Made by a program: the position numbers and the translations under genes. Shown here piece after piece: positions 19,141 to 29,878 of a stretch of 64,000 nt of DNA. The DNA lies in the NCBI GenBank assembly GCA_040755995.1, contig JBFMAF010000009.1, forward strand, positions 13,531 through 77,530. Direction: 5' to 3'. The DNA comes from Acidobacteriota bacterium. Lineage in GTDB: Bacteria > Acidobacteriota > CAIWXX01. Under the pieces are notes generated by a model. The model had not been told where the DNA came from and did not search any database. It saw nothing but the letters and a program-made list of their open reading frames with translations. Numbering within the stretch: position 1 is the first letter of the stretch; every line of letters starts with the position of its first letter.

Positions 19141-20598
19141 CTACTCACGGCGGACAAGCTGGGGGGACTCGACCAGCCGCAGCGTCGGCTCCTCGGGCTC
19201 CTCCGCATGGAACAGCCGAAGCTGTGACAGGTTCTCACGCGGAAACTCGACCGGGTAGTTCAGCGTGTAGCACGCCGTACAGTATGAGGCACCGTTGCCT
19301 ACGGCCGCCAGCAGTCCTTCCAGGCTGAGGTAGCCGAGCGAATCCGCATCCAGATACTCTCGAATCTCCTCGACCGAATGGTTGGAAGCGATCAGATCGC
19401 GCCGGAACGGCGTGTCGATGCCGTAGTAGCACGAGCCGATCGTGGGAGGGCAGCTGACGCGGAAATGCACCTCACGCGCCCCTCCCATTCTGAGCATCCG
19501 CACGATCTTCCGGCTGGTTGTGCCGCGGACAATCGAATCGTCGGTGACAACGACCCGCTTCCCTTCAAGAAGGCTGCGCACCGGGTTCAGCTTCACCCGG
19601 ACGCTGAAGTTGCGGATCGATTGCCTCGGCTCGATAAAGCTTCGCCCCACATAGTGGTTCCGTATCAGCGCGAACTCGAACGGAATGCCGGATTCCTGCG
19701 AGTACCCGATCGCAGCGCAGACACCCGAGTCTGGAACGGGCACTACGATATCCGCCTCCGCCGGGTGCTCGCGCGCGAGGTAGCGACCGAGCAGGTTGCG
19801 AGACTGATTGACACTGCGACCGAAAACGACACTGTCCGGGCGCGAGAAGTAGACGTGCTCGAATATGCAGTGCGCCGGCTTCTCCTCGGGGAACGGCTTC
19901 AGCGATTTGACCCCTTCGTTCGAGATCACCACGACCTCGCCCGGCTCCACATCCCTGATCCATGTTGCATCGACGATGTCGAACGCACAGGTTTCGGACC
20001 CCACCAGCATCGAGTTCCCGAGCCGCCCGATCGAAAGCGGACGGAAGCCGTGGGGATCACGCGCCGCGAACAGCCGGTCGGCCGTCAGGAAAACGAGCGA
20101 AAACGCCCCCTTGATCTGCATCAGCGCCTCGCACATCGCATCTTCGATCGACGCGGCACGCGAGCGCGCGATGAGATGGAGGATCACCTCGCTGTCGGAT
20201 GTCGACTGGAAGATCGCCCCTTCCTTCTCGAGCTCGCTCCGTATCTGAAACGCATTCACCAGGTTGCCGTTGTGGGCGAGAGCGATCTGGCCGCGATGGC
20301 TGTCGATCAAGATCGGCTGGGCATTCACGAGCTGACTCTCGCCGGCCGTCGAGTAGCGCACGTGCCCGATGGCGTGAGGGCCGCGCATGGCGGCGAGGTC
20401 GTGCTCGCGGAAGATGTCGACCACGTGCCCCATCCCGCGCGCGGCCCGCAGCCTGCGGCCGTTCCGGTACACGATTCCGCCGCTCTCCTGGCCGCGGTGC
20501 TGGAGGGCATAGAGACCGAGAAACGTCACGCGCGCCGCCTCGGGGTGAGCGAAGGCGCCGAACACACCGCACTCTTCTCTGAACTTGTCCTTCACCAT
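19141..20598 (-). CDS. purF: amidophosphoribosyltransferase
   Basis: EECGVFG, LQHRGQE, GHVRYST, VPVPDSG, DDSIVRGTT, Fe-S Cys (CYYG, CTAC). Confidence 0.97.
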   Translation of the reverse strand: MVKDKFREECGVFGAFAHPEAARVTFLGLYALQHRGQESGGIVYRNGRRLRAARGMGHVVDIFREHDLAAMRGPHAIGHVRYSTAGESQLVNAQPILIDSHRGQIALAHNGNLVNAFQIRSELEKEGAIFQSTSDSEVILHLIARSRAASIEDAMCEALMQIKGAFSLVFLTADRLFAARDPHGFRPLSIGRLGNSMLVGSETCAFDIVDATWIRDVEPGEVVVISNEGVKSLKPFPEEKPAHCIFEHVYFSRPDSVVFGRSVNQSRNLLGRYLAREHPAEADIVVPVPDSGVCAAIGYSQESGIPFEFALIRNHYVGRSFIEPRQSIRNFSVRVKLNPVRSLLEGKRVVVTDDSIVRGTTSRKIVRMLRMGGAREVHFRVSCPPTIGSCYYGIDTPFRRDLIASNHSVEEIREYLDADSLGYLSLEGLLAAVGNGASYCTACYTLNYPVEFPRENLSQLRLFHAEEPEEPTLRLVESPQLVRRE

Positions 20599-20690
20599 CC
20601 CACCCTCCAGCGGAAGGCAACCGGCACGGCGTGGCCGGCGGGCGCGGCGAGGCACGGCCCGGCCGGTCATGACACGTGTCTGACGTGGTC

Positions 20691-22901
20691 TCACCCGAGG
20701 CACTCTCCCAAGGCGTTGAAGTATGCCGAACTGAGCTTGTGCATCGGCACCTCAACCACCTTCCTACCCGCCCACTTCAATCTTAGCGCATTCGGGGCTA
20801 CAATTCCCAATCTTTTTAGCGGGCAGCCGAGGGAACCAGCCAGGCCCAGGAGGTTGTTCTCCTCGTCGCCCGGACGCACACTCAGGACCACTCGGCTGCT
20901 CCCCTCGCCGAACAGCGCCGCGTCGATCGTGGCTGCGCCGGCGGATTCTGCGTCGAGATCGAGCGTCATCCCGTTGAGCGCTTCCGGAGCCAGGCCGCAC
21001 TCCACGAGCGCGACGAGCAGGCCGCCGTCCGAGCAGTCGTGTGCCGACCGCACCAGACCTGATGCGGCGGCCCGAATGCAGAGCTCCTGCACCGCCTTCT
21101 CCGCCTGCAAGTCGCAAGCAGCCGGCCAGCCGGCCGTGAGCCGGTGGATCGTTTTCAGGAACTCGCTGGCCCCGAGCGAGACGCGCCCGGCACCGGCGAG
21201 GTAGATAACGTCTCCGTCATCCTTGAACCACGGCGTGACGGCCCTGGCTGCCTGCTCGATCAGACCCAGTACCCCGATCACAGGGGTCGGGGGGATTGCT
21301 CGACCGGACGTCTCGTTGTAAAAGCTCACATTCCCGCCGGTGATCGGGATGCCGAGCACGCGGCAGGCGTCGGCCATCCCATCTATGACCTCGCAGAACT
21401 GTCCCATGATCTCGGGCTTTTCCGGGTTGCCGAAATTCAGGCAGTCGGTGGCTCCTATCGGGCGCGCTCCGGCGCACGCCACATTCCGCGCGGCCTCGGC
21501 CACCGCCGCTCGCGCGCCCCGTCCCGGATGAGCCGCGCAGTAACGCCCGTTGCCGTCGACGCTGATCGCGACGGCCTTCGCTGTGCCCTTGATCCTGAGC
21601 ACGCTGGCGTCGCCTCCCGGCAGGATCAGCGTGTTGGTGCGCACAGTGTGATCGTACTGCTCGTAGACCCATCGCTTGCTGGCGACGGACGGGGCGCGGA
21701 GGACCTTGATGAGCGCCTCCTCGACATTCGTCTTGGGCAGATCGGGCAGCGGGTCCTCGTGATAAGCCGGAGCCTTCATCGGGCGCTCGTAGACCGGCGC
21801 CTCGTCCATGAGGAAACGATTGGGGATCGTGGCCAGCACCTTCTCGCCATGGCGGACGCGCAGGACCGGCTCGGCGATGACCCTCCCCACGACCACCGAG
21901 TCCAATCCCCACTTGTGGAATACCCTCTGGAGGTCAGCCTCGCGCCCGTGCTCGGTCACCAGTAGCATTCTCTCTTGCGACTCCGACAGCATGATCTCCT
22001 TCGGCGTCATGCCGTCTTCGCGCAGCGGCACCTTCGAGATGTCCAGATCTACGCCCGTGTGCGCGCGGGCCCCCATCTCGGTGCTGGAACAGGTGAGTCC
22101 CGCGGCTCCCATGTCCTGGATGCCCACGATCAGGCCCTTCTTCATGGCTTCGAGACACGCTTCCAGCAGGAGCTTCTCCATGAAGGGGTCGCCCACCTGC
22201 ACATTCGGACGCTTCGCCTGGGCGTCTTCGTTGAACTCCGCGGAGGCCATCGTCGCGCCATGGATGCCGTCGCGGCCCGTCCCGGCGCCGACGTAGATCA
22301 CCGGATTCCCGATGCCCTTCGCCTTGGCATAGACGATGGCCTTGTGCCGGAGGATGCCGAGGCAGAGCACGTTGACAAGAGGATTGGCCGTGTAGCCCTC
22401 GTCGAATTGGATCTCCCCACCGGTTGTCGGGATGCCCATGCAGTTGCCGTAGCTGGAAATGCCCGAGACCACCCCCCTGAGCAGGCGCCGGTTCTGCGCC
22501 TGCGAGAGCTCGCCGAAGCGGAGGCTGTTGAGAAGAGCGATCGGGCGAGCCCCCATCGTGAAAACGTCGCGGATTATGCCGCCGACTCCGGTGGCCGCGC
22601 CCTGGAACGGCTCTATGAACGACGGGTGGTTGTGCGATTCGATCTTGAAGACCACCGCCAGCGCGTCGCCGATATCGACGATGCCCGCGTTCTCGCCCGG
22701 GCCCTGCATCACCCGCTCGCCGCGCGTCGGCAGCCGCCGCAGATGCACCCGGCTGCTCTTGTAGCTGCAGTGCTCGGACCACATGACGGCGTATATCTGC
22801 AGCTCCAGCGCATTCGGCTGCCGCCCCAACTGCCGGCAGACGGTGTCGTACTCCTCCTGGGTGAGATTCACATCCCGCAGAACCTTCTGATCGACACTCA
22901 C
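20691..22901 (-). CDS. purL: phosphoribosylformylglycinamidine synthase subunit PurL
   Basis: [48 protein letters not shown] start overlaps the purQ stop. Confidence 0.97.
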   Translation of the reverse strand: MSVDQKVLRDVNLTQEEYDTVCRQLGRQPNALELQIYAVMWSEHCSYKSSRVHLRRLPTRGERVMQGPGENAGIVDIGDALAVVFKIESHNHPSFIEPFQGAATGVGGIIRDVFTMGARPIALLNSLRFGELSQAQNRRLLRGVVSGISSYGNCMGIPTTGGEIQFDEGYTANPLVNVLCLGILRHKAIVYAKAKGIGNPVIYVGAGTGRDGIHGATMASAEFNEDAQAKRPNVQVGDPFMEKLLLEACLEAMKKGLIVGIQDMGAAGLTCSSTEMGARAHTGVDLDISKVPLREDGMTPKEIMLSESQERMLLVTEHGREADLQRVFHKWGLDSVVVGRVIAEPVLRVRHGEKVLATIPNRFLMDEAPVYERPMKAPAYHEDPLPDLPKTNVEEALIKVLRAPSVASKRWVYEQYDHTVRTNTLILPGGDASVLRIKGTAKAVAISVDGNGRYCAAHPGRGARAAVAEAARNVACAGARPIGATDCLNFGNPEKPEIMGQFCEVIDGMADACRVLGIPITGGNVSFYNETSGRAIPPTPVIGVLGLIEQAARAVTPWFKDDGDVIYLAGAGRVSLGASEFLKTIHRLTAGWPAACDLQAEKAVQELCIRAAASGLVRSAHDCSDGGLLVALVECGLAPEALNGMTLDLDAESAGAATIDAALFGEGSSRVVLSVRPGDEENNLLGLAGSLGCPLKRLGIVAPNALRLKWAGRKVVEVPMHKLSSAYFNALGECLG

Positions 22902-23611
22902 GAGTGTCCCCCTGCGATGACCTCTTCGAAGGTCGATATTACCGACTTGAACACGTCGAGACCGTCCTCGCTGCCCACCTCCGGCTCGCTTGCGCGCTCC
23001 GGATGCGGCATCAGCGCGACCACATTGCGCGCCCGGTTGCAAATTCCGGCGATGGACCCCATCGATCCGTTCGGATTCCAGTCCGGATCGACCTCGCCCT
23101 TGGGCGAGCAGTACCTGAAGATGATCCGGCCGTCGCCTTCCAGTTTCTTGAGCGTCTCGGCGTCCGCGTAGTAGTTGCCGACCATGTGGGCAATCGGAAT
23201 CTTCAGCACCTGCCCCGGCTTCATCAGGCCGGTGAACGGCGTATCCGTCTTCTCGACGCGGATGTGCACCTGCTTGCAGATGAACCTCAGGCTGGCGTTC
23301 CGAAGCAGGGCGCCGTCGAGCGTCCCGGCCTCGGTAAGCACCTGGAATCCGTTGCAGATGCCCAAAACCGGCCCGCCTTTCTTCGCGAAAGCCGCGACCT
23401 CCTGCATGATCGGAGAGAACCTGGCCAGCGCGCCGCAGCGCAGGTAATCACCGTGCGCGAAGCCGCCGGGGAGAATTACGCAGTCGCTCTTGCGCAGGTC
23501 CCGCTCGCCATGCCACAAGAACTCAGCGTCCTGGCCCAGCACGTGTTTCACCACGTGGTAGGTGTCATGATCGCAATTGCTGCCCGGAAAAACGACGATT
23601 CCGAATCTCAT
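22898..23611 (-). CDS. purQ: FGAM synthase glutaminase subunit PurQ
   Basis: [31 protein letters not shown]. Confidence 0.97.
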   Translation of the reverse strand: MRFGIVVFPGSNCDHDTYHVVKHVLGQDAEFLWHGERDLRKSDCVILPGGFAHGDYLRCGALARFSPIMQEVAAFAKKGGPVLGICNGFQVLTEAGTLDGALLRNASLRFICKQVHIRVEKTDTPFTGLMKPGQVLKIPIAHMVGNYYADAETLKKLEGDGRIIFRYCSPKGEVDPDWNPNGSMGSIAGICNRARNVVALMPHPERASEPEVGSEDGLDVFKSVISTFEEVIAGGHS

Positions 23612-23893
23612 TTGTTCCACCTAACGAGGCGCAGCCTCTGACCAATCGGCACTTGACGTACCCGTACCCAGGCCGAATGCCGGTGCGCACACCCGTGCCC
23701 GGCCGGAGCCGCAATCGCGAACGGGTACGCACCGCGGTTGGGCATGGCGATGCCGCGCAGCCCCGAGAACTAGACTAGGTTGCAACATGTCCTTCGCATC
23801 GAGCCGCCTGGCGAGGCACTGCCTACGCTCGATCCGCCGGCGCTGCGATGCCCGCGGCCGGTCCGATCGAGCGGGCCAGGCCCGCCGCGGCCG

Positions 23894-24145
23894 TCACTTC
23901 TCCATGATGCATTCGAAGGTCTCCAGAAGCGGATTGGAGAGCACCTCGCCGGCGACCTCCTTGGCCGCCGCCAGAGCGCTCGGCGCACTCTTGGCGCTGA
24001 TGACGAGGTCGAACACCTTTCCCTGGCGCACGTCTTCGAATCCCTTCTTCTCCATGCCATCAATCACGTGCTTGATGGCGAGCCCCTGCGGGTCCAAGAC
24101 CCCTTCCTTGAGGGTGACGATGACCCTCACCTTGTGCTTTTTCAT
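23894..24145 (-). CDS. purS: FGAM synthase subunit PurS
   Basis: VTLKEGVLDPQG..VRQGKVF..LSNPLLE; TGATG overlap with purB. Confidence 0.95.
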   Translation of the reverse strand: MKKHKVRVIVTLKEGVLDPQGLAIKHVIDGMEKKGFEDVRQGKVFDLVISAKSAPSALAAAKEVAGEVLSNPLLETFECIMEK

Positions 24146-25458
24146 CACTTCTCCTTCAGAACGCGTCGCACCACCGCATCGGCGTATTTGAGCTGCGGAG
24201 CGAGATCGAAGCACGCCTCGATCTCCTTGCGTTTCAGAGCCTTTGTAATCCGCCGGTCGCGCAGAATCCGGCGTTTGAAGCTCGCGGGCTGTCCGTTCGA
24301 CATCGCCGCCCAGGCGTCCATTGCGTGGCCCTGCACTATCGCATACGCCTCCTCCCGTGACATCCCGGCGCGCGCAAGCGCCAGCAGGACTTCCTGCGAA
24401 TAGATCAACCCGCCGGTCAGCTCGAGGTTTCGCGCCATGGTCCGCGGGTAGACCAGCAACCGATCTACGACTGTAGTAAATTTCTCCACCAGGTAGTGCG
24501 CGAGGATGAACGAATCGGGCAGTATCACGCGTTCCACCGACGAGTGCGAGATGTCGCGTTCGTGCCAGAGCGGGATGTTCTCGAGCGCGGCCAGGAGATT
24601 CGACCTCAGCAGCCGCGCCAATCCGGAGAGCTGTTCGCACTGGATCGGATTCCGCTTGTGGGGCATGGCGGATGAGCCTTTCTGGCCCGGCTGGAAGTAC
24701 TCCTCCGCCTCTCGCACCTCGGTCCTCTGCAGGTGGCGGATCTCGGTGGAGAACTTGTCGATGGAGCTTCCTAGGATCGCCAACGCGGCGAGGACCTCCG
24801 CGTGGCGGTCGCGTTGGAGGATCTGGGTGGAGATCGGAGCCGGCTCGAGGCCCAACAGGCGGCACGCATGTCTCTCGACCTGCGGCGGCACATGGGCGAA
24901 CGTGCCGACGGCGCCGGAGATCTTCCCGAAGCTTATGTTCTTCCGGGCGTGCTCGAGACGTTCGATGTCGCGGCCGATCTCCGCGTACCAGACGGCCAGC
25001 TTCAACCCGAAGGTGGTGGGCTCGGCGTGGATCCCGTGAGTGCGCCCTATCATCGGCGTGTCGCGGAACTCCTGCGTGCGGCCCCTCAGAACACGCCGCA
25101 GCCTCTGGATGCTCTCCAGAAGCAGGTCGATCGAGTCGCGGATCTGAAGAGCCAGGGCAGTGTCGAGGACGTCCGAGCTGGTCATGCCGACGTGGATGTA
25201 GCGCGAGTCCGGGCCCACGTTCTCAGCCACAGCCTGCAGGAAGGCGATCACGTCATGCCGGGTCACAGCCTCGATCTCCGCTATCCGCTCAAGCTCGAAC
25301 GATGCCTTCCTTCGGATCGTCTCCAGGGCGCTCTTCGGGATTCTGCCGACTACCGTCCAGGCCTCGCATGCGGCGATCTCCACCTTGAGCCACAGATCGA
25401 ACCTGGCCTTGTCGGTCCACTTGTCGCCCATCGCGGGCAGCGTGTATCGCGGGATCAT
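24145..25458 (-). CDS. purB: adenylosuccinate lyase
   Basis: MIPRY, TRHDV, GRTHGIHAEP, GSSAMPHKRNP. Confidence 0.97.
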   Translation of the reverse strand: MIPRYTLPAMGDKWTDKARFDLWLKVEIAACEAWTVVGRIPKSALETIRRKASFELERIAEIEAVTRHDVIAFLQAVAENVGPDSRYIHVGMTSSDVLDTALALQIRDSIDLLLESIQRLRRVLRGRTQEFRDTPMIGRTHGIHAEPTTFGLKLAVWYAEIGRDIERLEHARKNISFGKISGAVGTFAHVPPQVERHACRLLGLEPAPISTQILQRDRHAEVLAALAILGSSIDKFSTEIRHLQRTEVREAEEYFQPGQKGSSAMPHKRNPIQCEQLSGLARLLRSNLLAALENIPLWHERDISHSSVERVILPDSFILAHYLVEKFTTVVDRLLVYPRTMARNLELTGGLIYSQEVLLALARAGMSREEAYAIVQGHAMDAWAAMSNGQPASFKRRILRDRRITKALKRKEIEACFDLAPQLKYADAVVRRVLKEK

Positions 25459-25491
25459 TGGTCTGCACCCCCTGAGTTCATTGAGGCCGGA

Positions 25492-26802
25492 TCATGGAGC
25501 GAGGTGGAGGTCCAGGGCCTCCAGGTCGATGTCGTTCTTGCCGCCAAGGATGACCAGCGACGTGTCCTCCGTGCGGAACAGCCGCCGGGCCAGGTCCACC
25601 ATCTGGTCGAGCGTGACACGCTCAATCGACTCGAGTACCTCCTCCGGCGTGAACTGCCGTCCGAAGTAGAGCTCGTTGAGCGCGAGGCTGGCCATGCGGG
25701 CCGAGGAACTCTCCAGCCCCAGCATGAGCCCGCCTTTGAGGTGCGCCTTGGAGTCATCCAGCTCCTCCTGGTCGATCTCCCTTCTCAGCAGCTTCCCGAT
25801 CTCGTCCATGGTCAAACGGACCACGCGTGAGACCTCGCTCGGATCGACCGCCGTGTAGATGGTCACGGTGCCGACGTCGTGGAAGCTGGTGACGTAGGAG
25901 AAGATCGAGTAGGCAAGGCCCCACTTTTCCCGGATGTTCTGAAACAGGCGGCTGCTCATGCTGCCGCCGAGCATGTTGTTCAGCAGGAACAGAGCGAAGC
26001 GGTCTTCGTGCGAGCGGTGCAGCCCCGGGAACCCGATGTTGATGTGAGTCTGCTCGAGGTCGTTCTTGCGCACGAACAGCCTGCCGGGATGAGGCGTCGG
26101 CCGAGCGCCGTTGGAAGGAGCCGGGGAGCTCTGCGACGGGAATTGCCTACTGAAGTATTCGACCAGGAAATTGTGCTCGACGTTGCCGGCGGCTGAGACG
26201 ACCAGATTCGCCGGCACGTAGCTGTCCCGGAAGAACTCGCTGATGCGCCGCCGTCCCAACGCGGCAACGCTCGCGTTGGTGCCGAGTATCGACCGTCCCA
26301 GCGGGTGATCCTGGAAGTAGGTCTGGTAGTAGACCTCGCCTATGTAGTCATCGGGGTTGTCCTGCGTCGACTTGATCTCCTCGAATATGACCCGGCGCTC
26401 GTTCTCGATCTCGCCGGGATCGAACGCGGGACGCGTGAGGATGTCTGTCAGCAGATCGAGAGCCACCGGCAGGTGCTCGTCCATCACCTTCACCGAGAAA
26501 GTGGCGAACTCCTTCGAGGTCGACGCGTCCGTCATGCCGCCCGTGCGGTCGATCGTGCGCGCGATGTCCTTGTATGACCGCCTCTCCGTCCCCTTGAAGA
26601 CCAGGTGCTCGATGAAATGCGAGATCCCCGCCTCCTCATCCGACTCGTGCCGCGAGCCCTTCTTCAGCCAGATGCCGACCGTCGCCGACCGAAGGTGCTC
26701 CATCTTCTCGCTCACCACGGTGAGCCCCGCGGGCAGCACAGTCTTCTTGTAGCGGAAGCTCTTCGTGTCGGAGGACGGGCTGTCCATCAGCCCAACAGAC
26801 AT
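25492..26802 (-). CDS. M16 (pitrilysin) family zinc peptidase
   Basis: Inverted zinc motif HFIEH-LVFKGT; LGGSMSSRLFQNIREKWGLAYS. Confidence 0.93.
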   Translation of the reverse strand: MSVGLMDSPSSDTKSFRYKKTVLPAGLTVVSEKMEHLRSATVGIWLKKGSRHESDEEAGISHFIEHLVFKGTERRSYKDIARTIDRTGGMTDASTSKEFATFSVKVMDEHLPVALDLLTDILTRPAFDPGEIENERRVIFEEIKSTQDNPDDYIGEVYYQTYFQDHPLGRSILGTNASVAALGRRRISEFFRDSYVPANLVVSAAGNVEHNFLVEYFSRQFPSQSSPAPSNGARPTPHPGRLFVRKNDLEQTHINIGFPGLHRSHEDRFALFLLNNMLGGSMSSRLFQNIREKWGLAYSIFSYVTSFHDVGTVTIYTAVDPSEVSRVVRLTMDEIGKLLRREIDQEELDDSKAHLKGGLMLGLESSSARMASLALNELYFGRQFTPEEVLESIERVTLDQMVDLARRLFRTEDTSLVILGGKNDIDLEALDLHLAP

Positions 26803-27248
26803 CCCGCCGGCCGGGCCCGGCCCAAGGCTCCGATCCCCCGGCGCCCTCTATCCATACCCTTGAACTTCGAAACTTAGCACAGCACTGCCGGTGGTTTCAA
26901 CATGAGCATGAGCAAGCAGCTTTCTTTCTCCCCACGCCCGCGTGCTCAACGTCGGGGACGGAGCCATCAGGAGCTGAGAGACAAGGGGACCTGTGCGCCA
27001 TCCGGAAGCCACACGGGTAACTGGAGTGCCTGAGGAAACCGGGAGGCAATCGACGGTCACCACCTTGAAGCCGGCTTCTGCGCCAAGTATCATCTGGAAG
27101 GAGGGGGAAGAGACCGGGACTAGCTGGAAATCAGTCGAAGATTGGTCAACCTTCCATATTCGATCGTATCAACGCGGGAGAAAGGAGTGCGGGAATCTTG
27201 CGCTCCGAGTGTTGGACCGATCGTCAACAAATCAAAAGGAGAACACAG

Positions 27249-27653
27249 ATGCTAGGCGAGAATCTTGGTACGGAAACGGGCAAGGTGACGTCGCAAAGAG
27301 TGCTGCCGAATCCTGGTGGTGGTCCCAAGATGGAAACCTCGTTCCAGGGCACTGGGACAATACTCGGCGTGCCCACGACGGATGTCGGCACATACTGGTC
27401 CGTTCTTCGCCCAGATGGGACGTTATACGGGGAAGGACAAGGCGTCCTGATGGGCAAAGGCGGCGAGGTGGCCACGTGGGTGGGCCAAGGAGTCGGCACG
27501 TTCAAGAAGGACGGTGCGATCAGCTATCGAGGTGCCATCTACTATCAGACTGCCTCTTCCAGATTGTCCCGTCTGAACGGCGTCGCCGTCGTCTTCGAGT
27601 ACGAGATAGACGGCCAGGGCAACACGCGATCAGAGGTGTGGGAATGGAAGTAG
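27249..27653 (+). CDS. conserved hypothetical beta-rich protein
   Basis: AAGGAG RBS; MLGENLGTETGKVT..RPDGTLYGEGQG..LNGVAVVFEYEID..WEWK. Confidence 0.75.
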   Translation: MLGENLGTETGKVTSQRVLPNPGGGPKMETSFQGTGTILGVPTTDVGTYWSVLRPDGTLYGEGQGVLMGKGGEVATWVGQGVGTFKKDGAISYRGAIYYQTASSRLSRLNGVAVVFEYEIDGQGNTRSEVWEWK

Positions 27654-27697
27654 CGGTAACGCGCTGACGCCCCAACTATAGACACGACGCACGGGCG

Positions 27698-27773
27698 GCC
27701 TGACATCCGAATGGAGCCGTCGCGCCGACTGCCGAGGGATGTCGCAGCGGCGCGCGGCCCGTTCGGAGGCACG
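27698..27773 (+). other. imperfect hairpin resembling a degenerate integron attC site
   Basis: GCCTGAC then tccgaatgGagccgTcgcgccg pairing with cggcgcgcggcccgttcgga with two bulged bases; no intact GTTRRRY. Confidence 0.3.
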
Positions 27774-27862
27774 CGCGGAACCTCGAATACAACTTCACTA
27801 CCCTCGCCGGCACCAGCAAATGGGTGTCGCACGATTCGTACCAGCGTATCGGCCCAGCTCCT

Positions 27863-28276
27863 CTATTGCGACTCCATCGGCATCATTCGGACTCTGCCGG
27901 CGTCAGCAGCAATCTCGATCGCGATGATCTTCTGCGATGATTTCTCCGGAGGCCAACCCACGACTTCGGCGTGGTTCGCGTTTCGATCGACGGGGGCGGG
28001 GATCACTCGCAGCCGGTGCCTTTCGAAGCTGGACGCTTGAAGGTCCGCGCGGGCCAGCACAGGTTTCCCGCGCTGCCGGGCGATATCCTGCCCTATGTTC
28101 CAGAGGTCGGCCTCGGTCAATCGGAGGTGCCGTGTCACGGACAGGCCGGTATGAGGGAATGGTACAAACTCGTCGGCCTTTAGCGTACCGTCATGTCGGA
28201 TTCGGTTTCGAAAGAAGACGAACCGGGCCAGCCACTCGCCGGATGCCACGGGCGGCATCGACACGGATTCGCTCAT
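27863..28276 (-). CDS. hypothetical protein, possibly ART/RES-like toxin fold
   Basis: LARF..(R), GLSV (S), NHAEV (H) pattern; ATGA-coupled to the upstream gene. Confidence 0.6.
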   Translation of the reverse strand: MSESVSMPPVASGEWLARFVFFRNRIRHDGTLKADEFVPFPHTGLSVTRHLRLTEADLWNIGQDIARQRGKPVLARADLQASSFERHRLRVIPAPVDRNANHAEVVGWPPEKSSQKIIAIEIAADAGRVRMMPMESQ

Positions 28277-28770
28277 TTCGTCGTGACGCGACGGATCAGG
28301 TCCAGCACAATTGCGGGTGACTCACCGAGGAAGGGCTCAGAGCCGAAGCTCTTGCTGGCTCCAAGCAGGGCCGCATAGTGGATCTCTCCGTCAGGCGTTA
28401 TGCTCACAGACAGCGTCCGTCTTGGGCCACCGTACCACTCCATCGTGATGTGGCCGTCGGCCTCGGCCCCAAAGGATGGGCCCGGAGCGCCCAGAGGCAG
28501 TGCCTCAAGGAACTCACGCGCCTGTTCGTAAGTCGCCTCTGATACCGGCGCTGCTCCATGTCCGTCCCAACCTGCGTTCTGACATTCCTCGTACACGCGA
28601 AACAGCTCATGAAAGCCCATAGCGCCGCGCGAATCAAGGGCCAGCGACTCGAGGAGGTGAGACCATCCTAGTCGCATCTCCTTGCCAACCAATATGGCCA
28701 CGTCGCTCATTGCTCGCGAGTGTACCGCGCGGTGAGAGCTCGGACTCGATTCGGACGCCCCAACTATCAT
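28273..28770 (-). CDS. hypothetical protein, middle gene of the TIGR04255-type cassette
   Basis: GWDGHGAAPVS..AREFLEALP..EADGHITMEWY..LSVSI; ATGA overlaps at both ends. Confidence 0.7.
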   Translation of the reverse strand: MIVGASESSPSSHRAVHSRAMSDVAILVGKEMRLGWSHLLESLALDSRGAMGFHELFRVYEECQNAGWDGHGAAPVSEATYEQAREFLEALPLGAPGPSFGAEADGHITMEWYGGPRRTLSVSITPDGEIHYAALLGASKSFGSEPFLGESPAIVLDLIRRVTTK

Positions 28771-29555
28771 TGATATGCCTCCAGCGCACGATCGGTCAGG
28801 CTCCCGAAGAAGACCTTGTTCTTGACCCAGCGCATCTCCTGCAGTCGCGCCAGCAACACGGAATCGTCGAGCGCGGACTCTTGAGTCGTAAATACGTCAA
28901 TATCGATGATCAACGAAATCCCCAGGACATCCCCGCCGACCGGCCGCTGGACCGTGCGAACTACAGAGACCGCATAGGGGTGCCCAGGTACTGCCAACAA
29001 ATCACGATGCAGAAAACTCGCGAAGGGCAGATGCAGGTCATGTGGCGGCGCTGGCGCCGGCTGAATGTATTCTTCAAATCGCAATTCGCCCTGCGGTAGC
29101 TTGATGCGATTGACGAAACGCACCCCGACCCTCTGTATGCTGAGCGGATCGGCGATTCCTACGAAAATCCTCCAAAGACGGAGCGCCTCCCCCTCGAGTT
29201 GAGCCCAATTGACGTACGGCTCCAATCGGCTCATGACGAACCCATCCCGATTGAACCGGGCGACCTGCCTGGCGTCGCCAGATCGGAACCGCAGTCCCTT
29301 CCATCCGAGATCTCTCGCCGCCTGACGAGGCAGCGTCCCTCGCTCCATGGTCGTCTCGTGCTCCAACTCTCTCTGAGAATCCAGGAGCTCGTATTGTCCC
29401 TGGAGCTGAGGCTGGAGTTGGGAACGCACGGCGCTTTCCTCCCACGCACGGGAGGCACGCGCTCTGATGTCGATCACGGCTTCTACGATCGGTGCTTGCG
29501 ACAGATGCGGAAAAGCCTCGTTGATATCGATCGAGACCAGCTTGGCGACGGACAT
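28767..29555 (-). CDS. TIGR04255 family protein
   Basis: FPHLSQAPIVEAVIDIR..PYVNW..RVGVRFVNRI..IIDIDV..KNKVFFGSLT; AAGGAGG RBS. Confidence 0.8.
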   Translation of the reverse strand: MSVAKLVSIDINEAFPHLSQAPIVEAVIDIRARASRAWEESAVRSQLQPQLQGQYELLDSQRELEHETTMERGTLPRQAARDLGWKGLRFRSGDARQVARFNRDGFVMSRLEPYVNWAQLEGEALRLWRIFVGIADPLSIQRVGVRFVNRIKLPQGELRFEEYIQPAPAPPHDLHLPFASFLHRDLLAVPGHPYAVSVVRTVQRPVGGDVLGISLIIDIDVFTTQESALDDSVLLARLQEMRWVKNKVFFGSLTDRALEAYQ

Positions 29556-29878
29556 CCGGAGTATCCTCCTTCTTGATCCTATCACAGCACAAGCACCAAT
29601 CGTGACCTGCCGCATGGCACATTGGCACGTGCGGCCGATGTGGCGGGCAGGCCGTCAGATAACAAGCCGCGCTCCCGGGGTTGGAGTGGCTGACCCCAAG
29701 ATGTGGTGGTTGACGTGGGCATGGTGGTCAGTCGGAGGAGGGCCAAGCCATGGGGTAGAGGTCGAGCGCAGCGCAGTAGCTCACGGCTCCGAAGAGCGGC
29801 CACACTCCTGGCATTCTTCGCAATCCTCAGCCTACTCATGTGGAGACCTACCTGGTAAGACATCAAGGGGCACGCAAC

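Noticed and set aside
19378..21204. Long antisense ORFs (e.g. 608 aa opposite purF/purL) and long N-terminal extensions of purS, purL, purF, accD and the cyclase
   Set aside because: Shadow frames of high-GC codon usage; real starts are identified by RBS, stop-start overlaps and family N-termini
23612..23893. 280-bp gap between purS and purQ as a small gene or riboswitch
   Set aside because: Only short GC-rich inverted repeats (gtacccgt..acgggtac); no convincing ORF or known RNA motif
25492..26802. M16 peptidase as a RiPP-processing protease
   Set aside because: About 17 kb from the cluster, at the head of the pur operon; the C39 domain already explains leader removal
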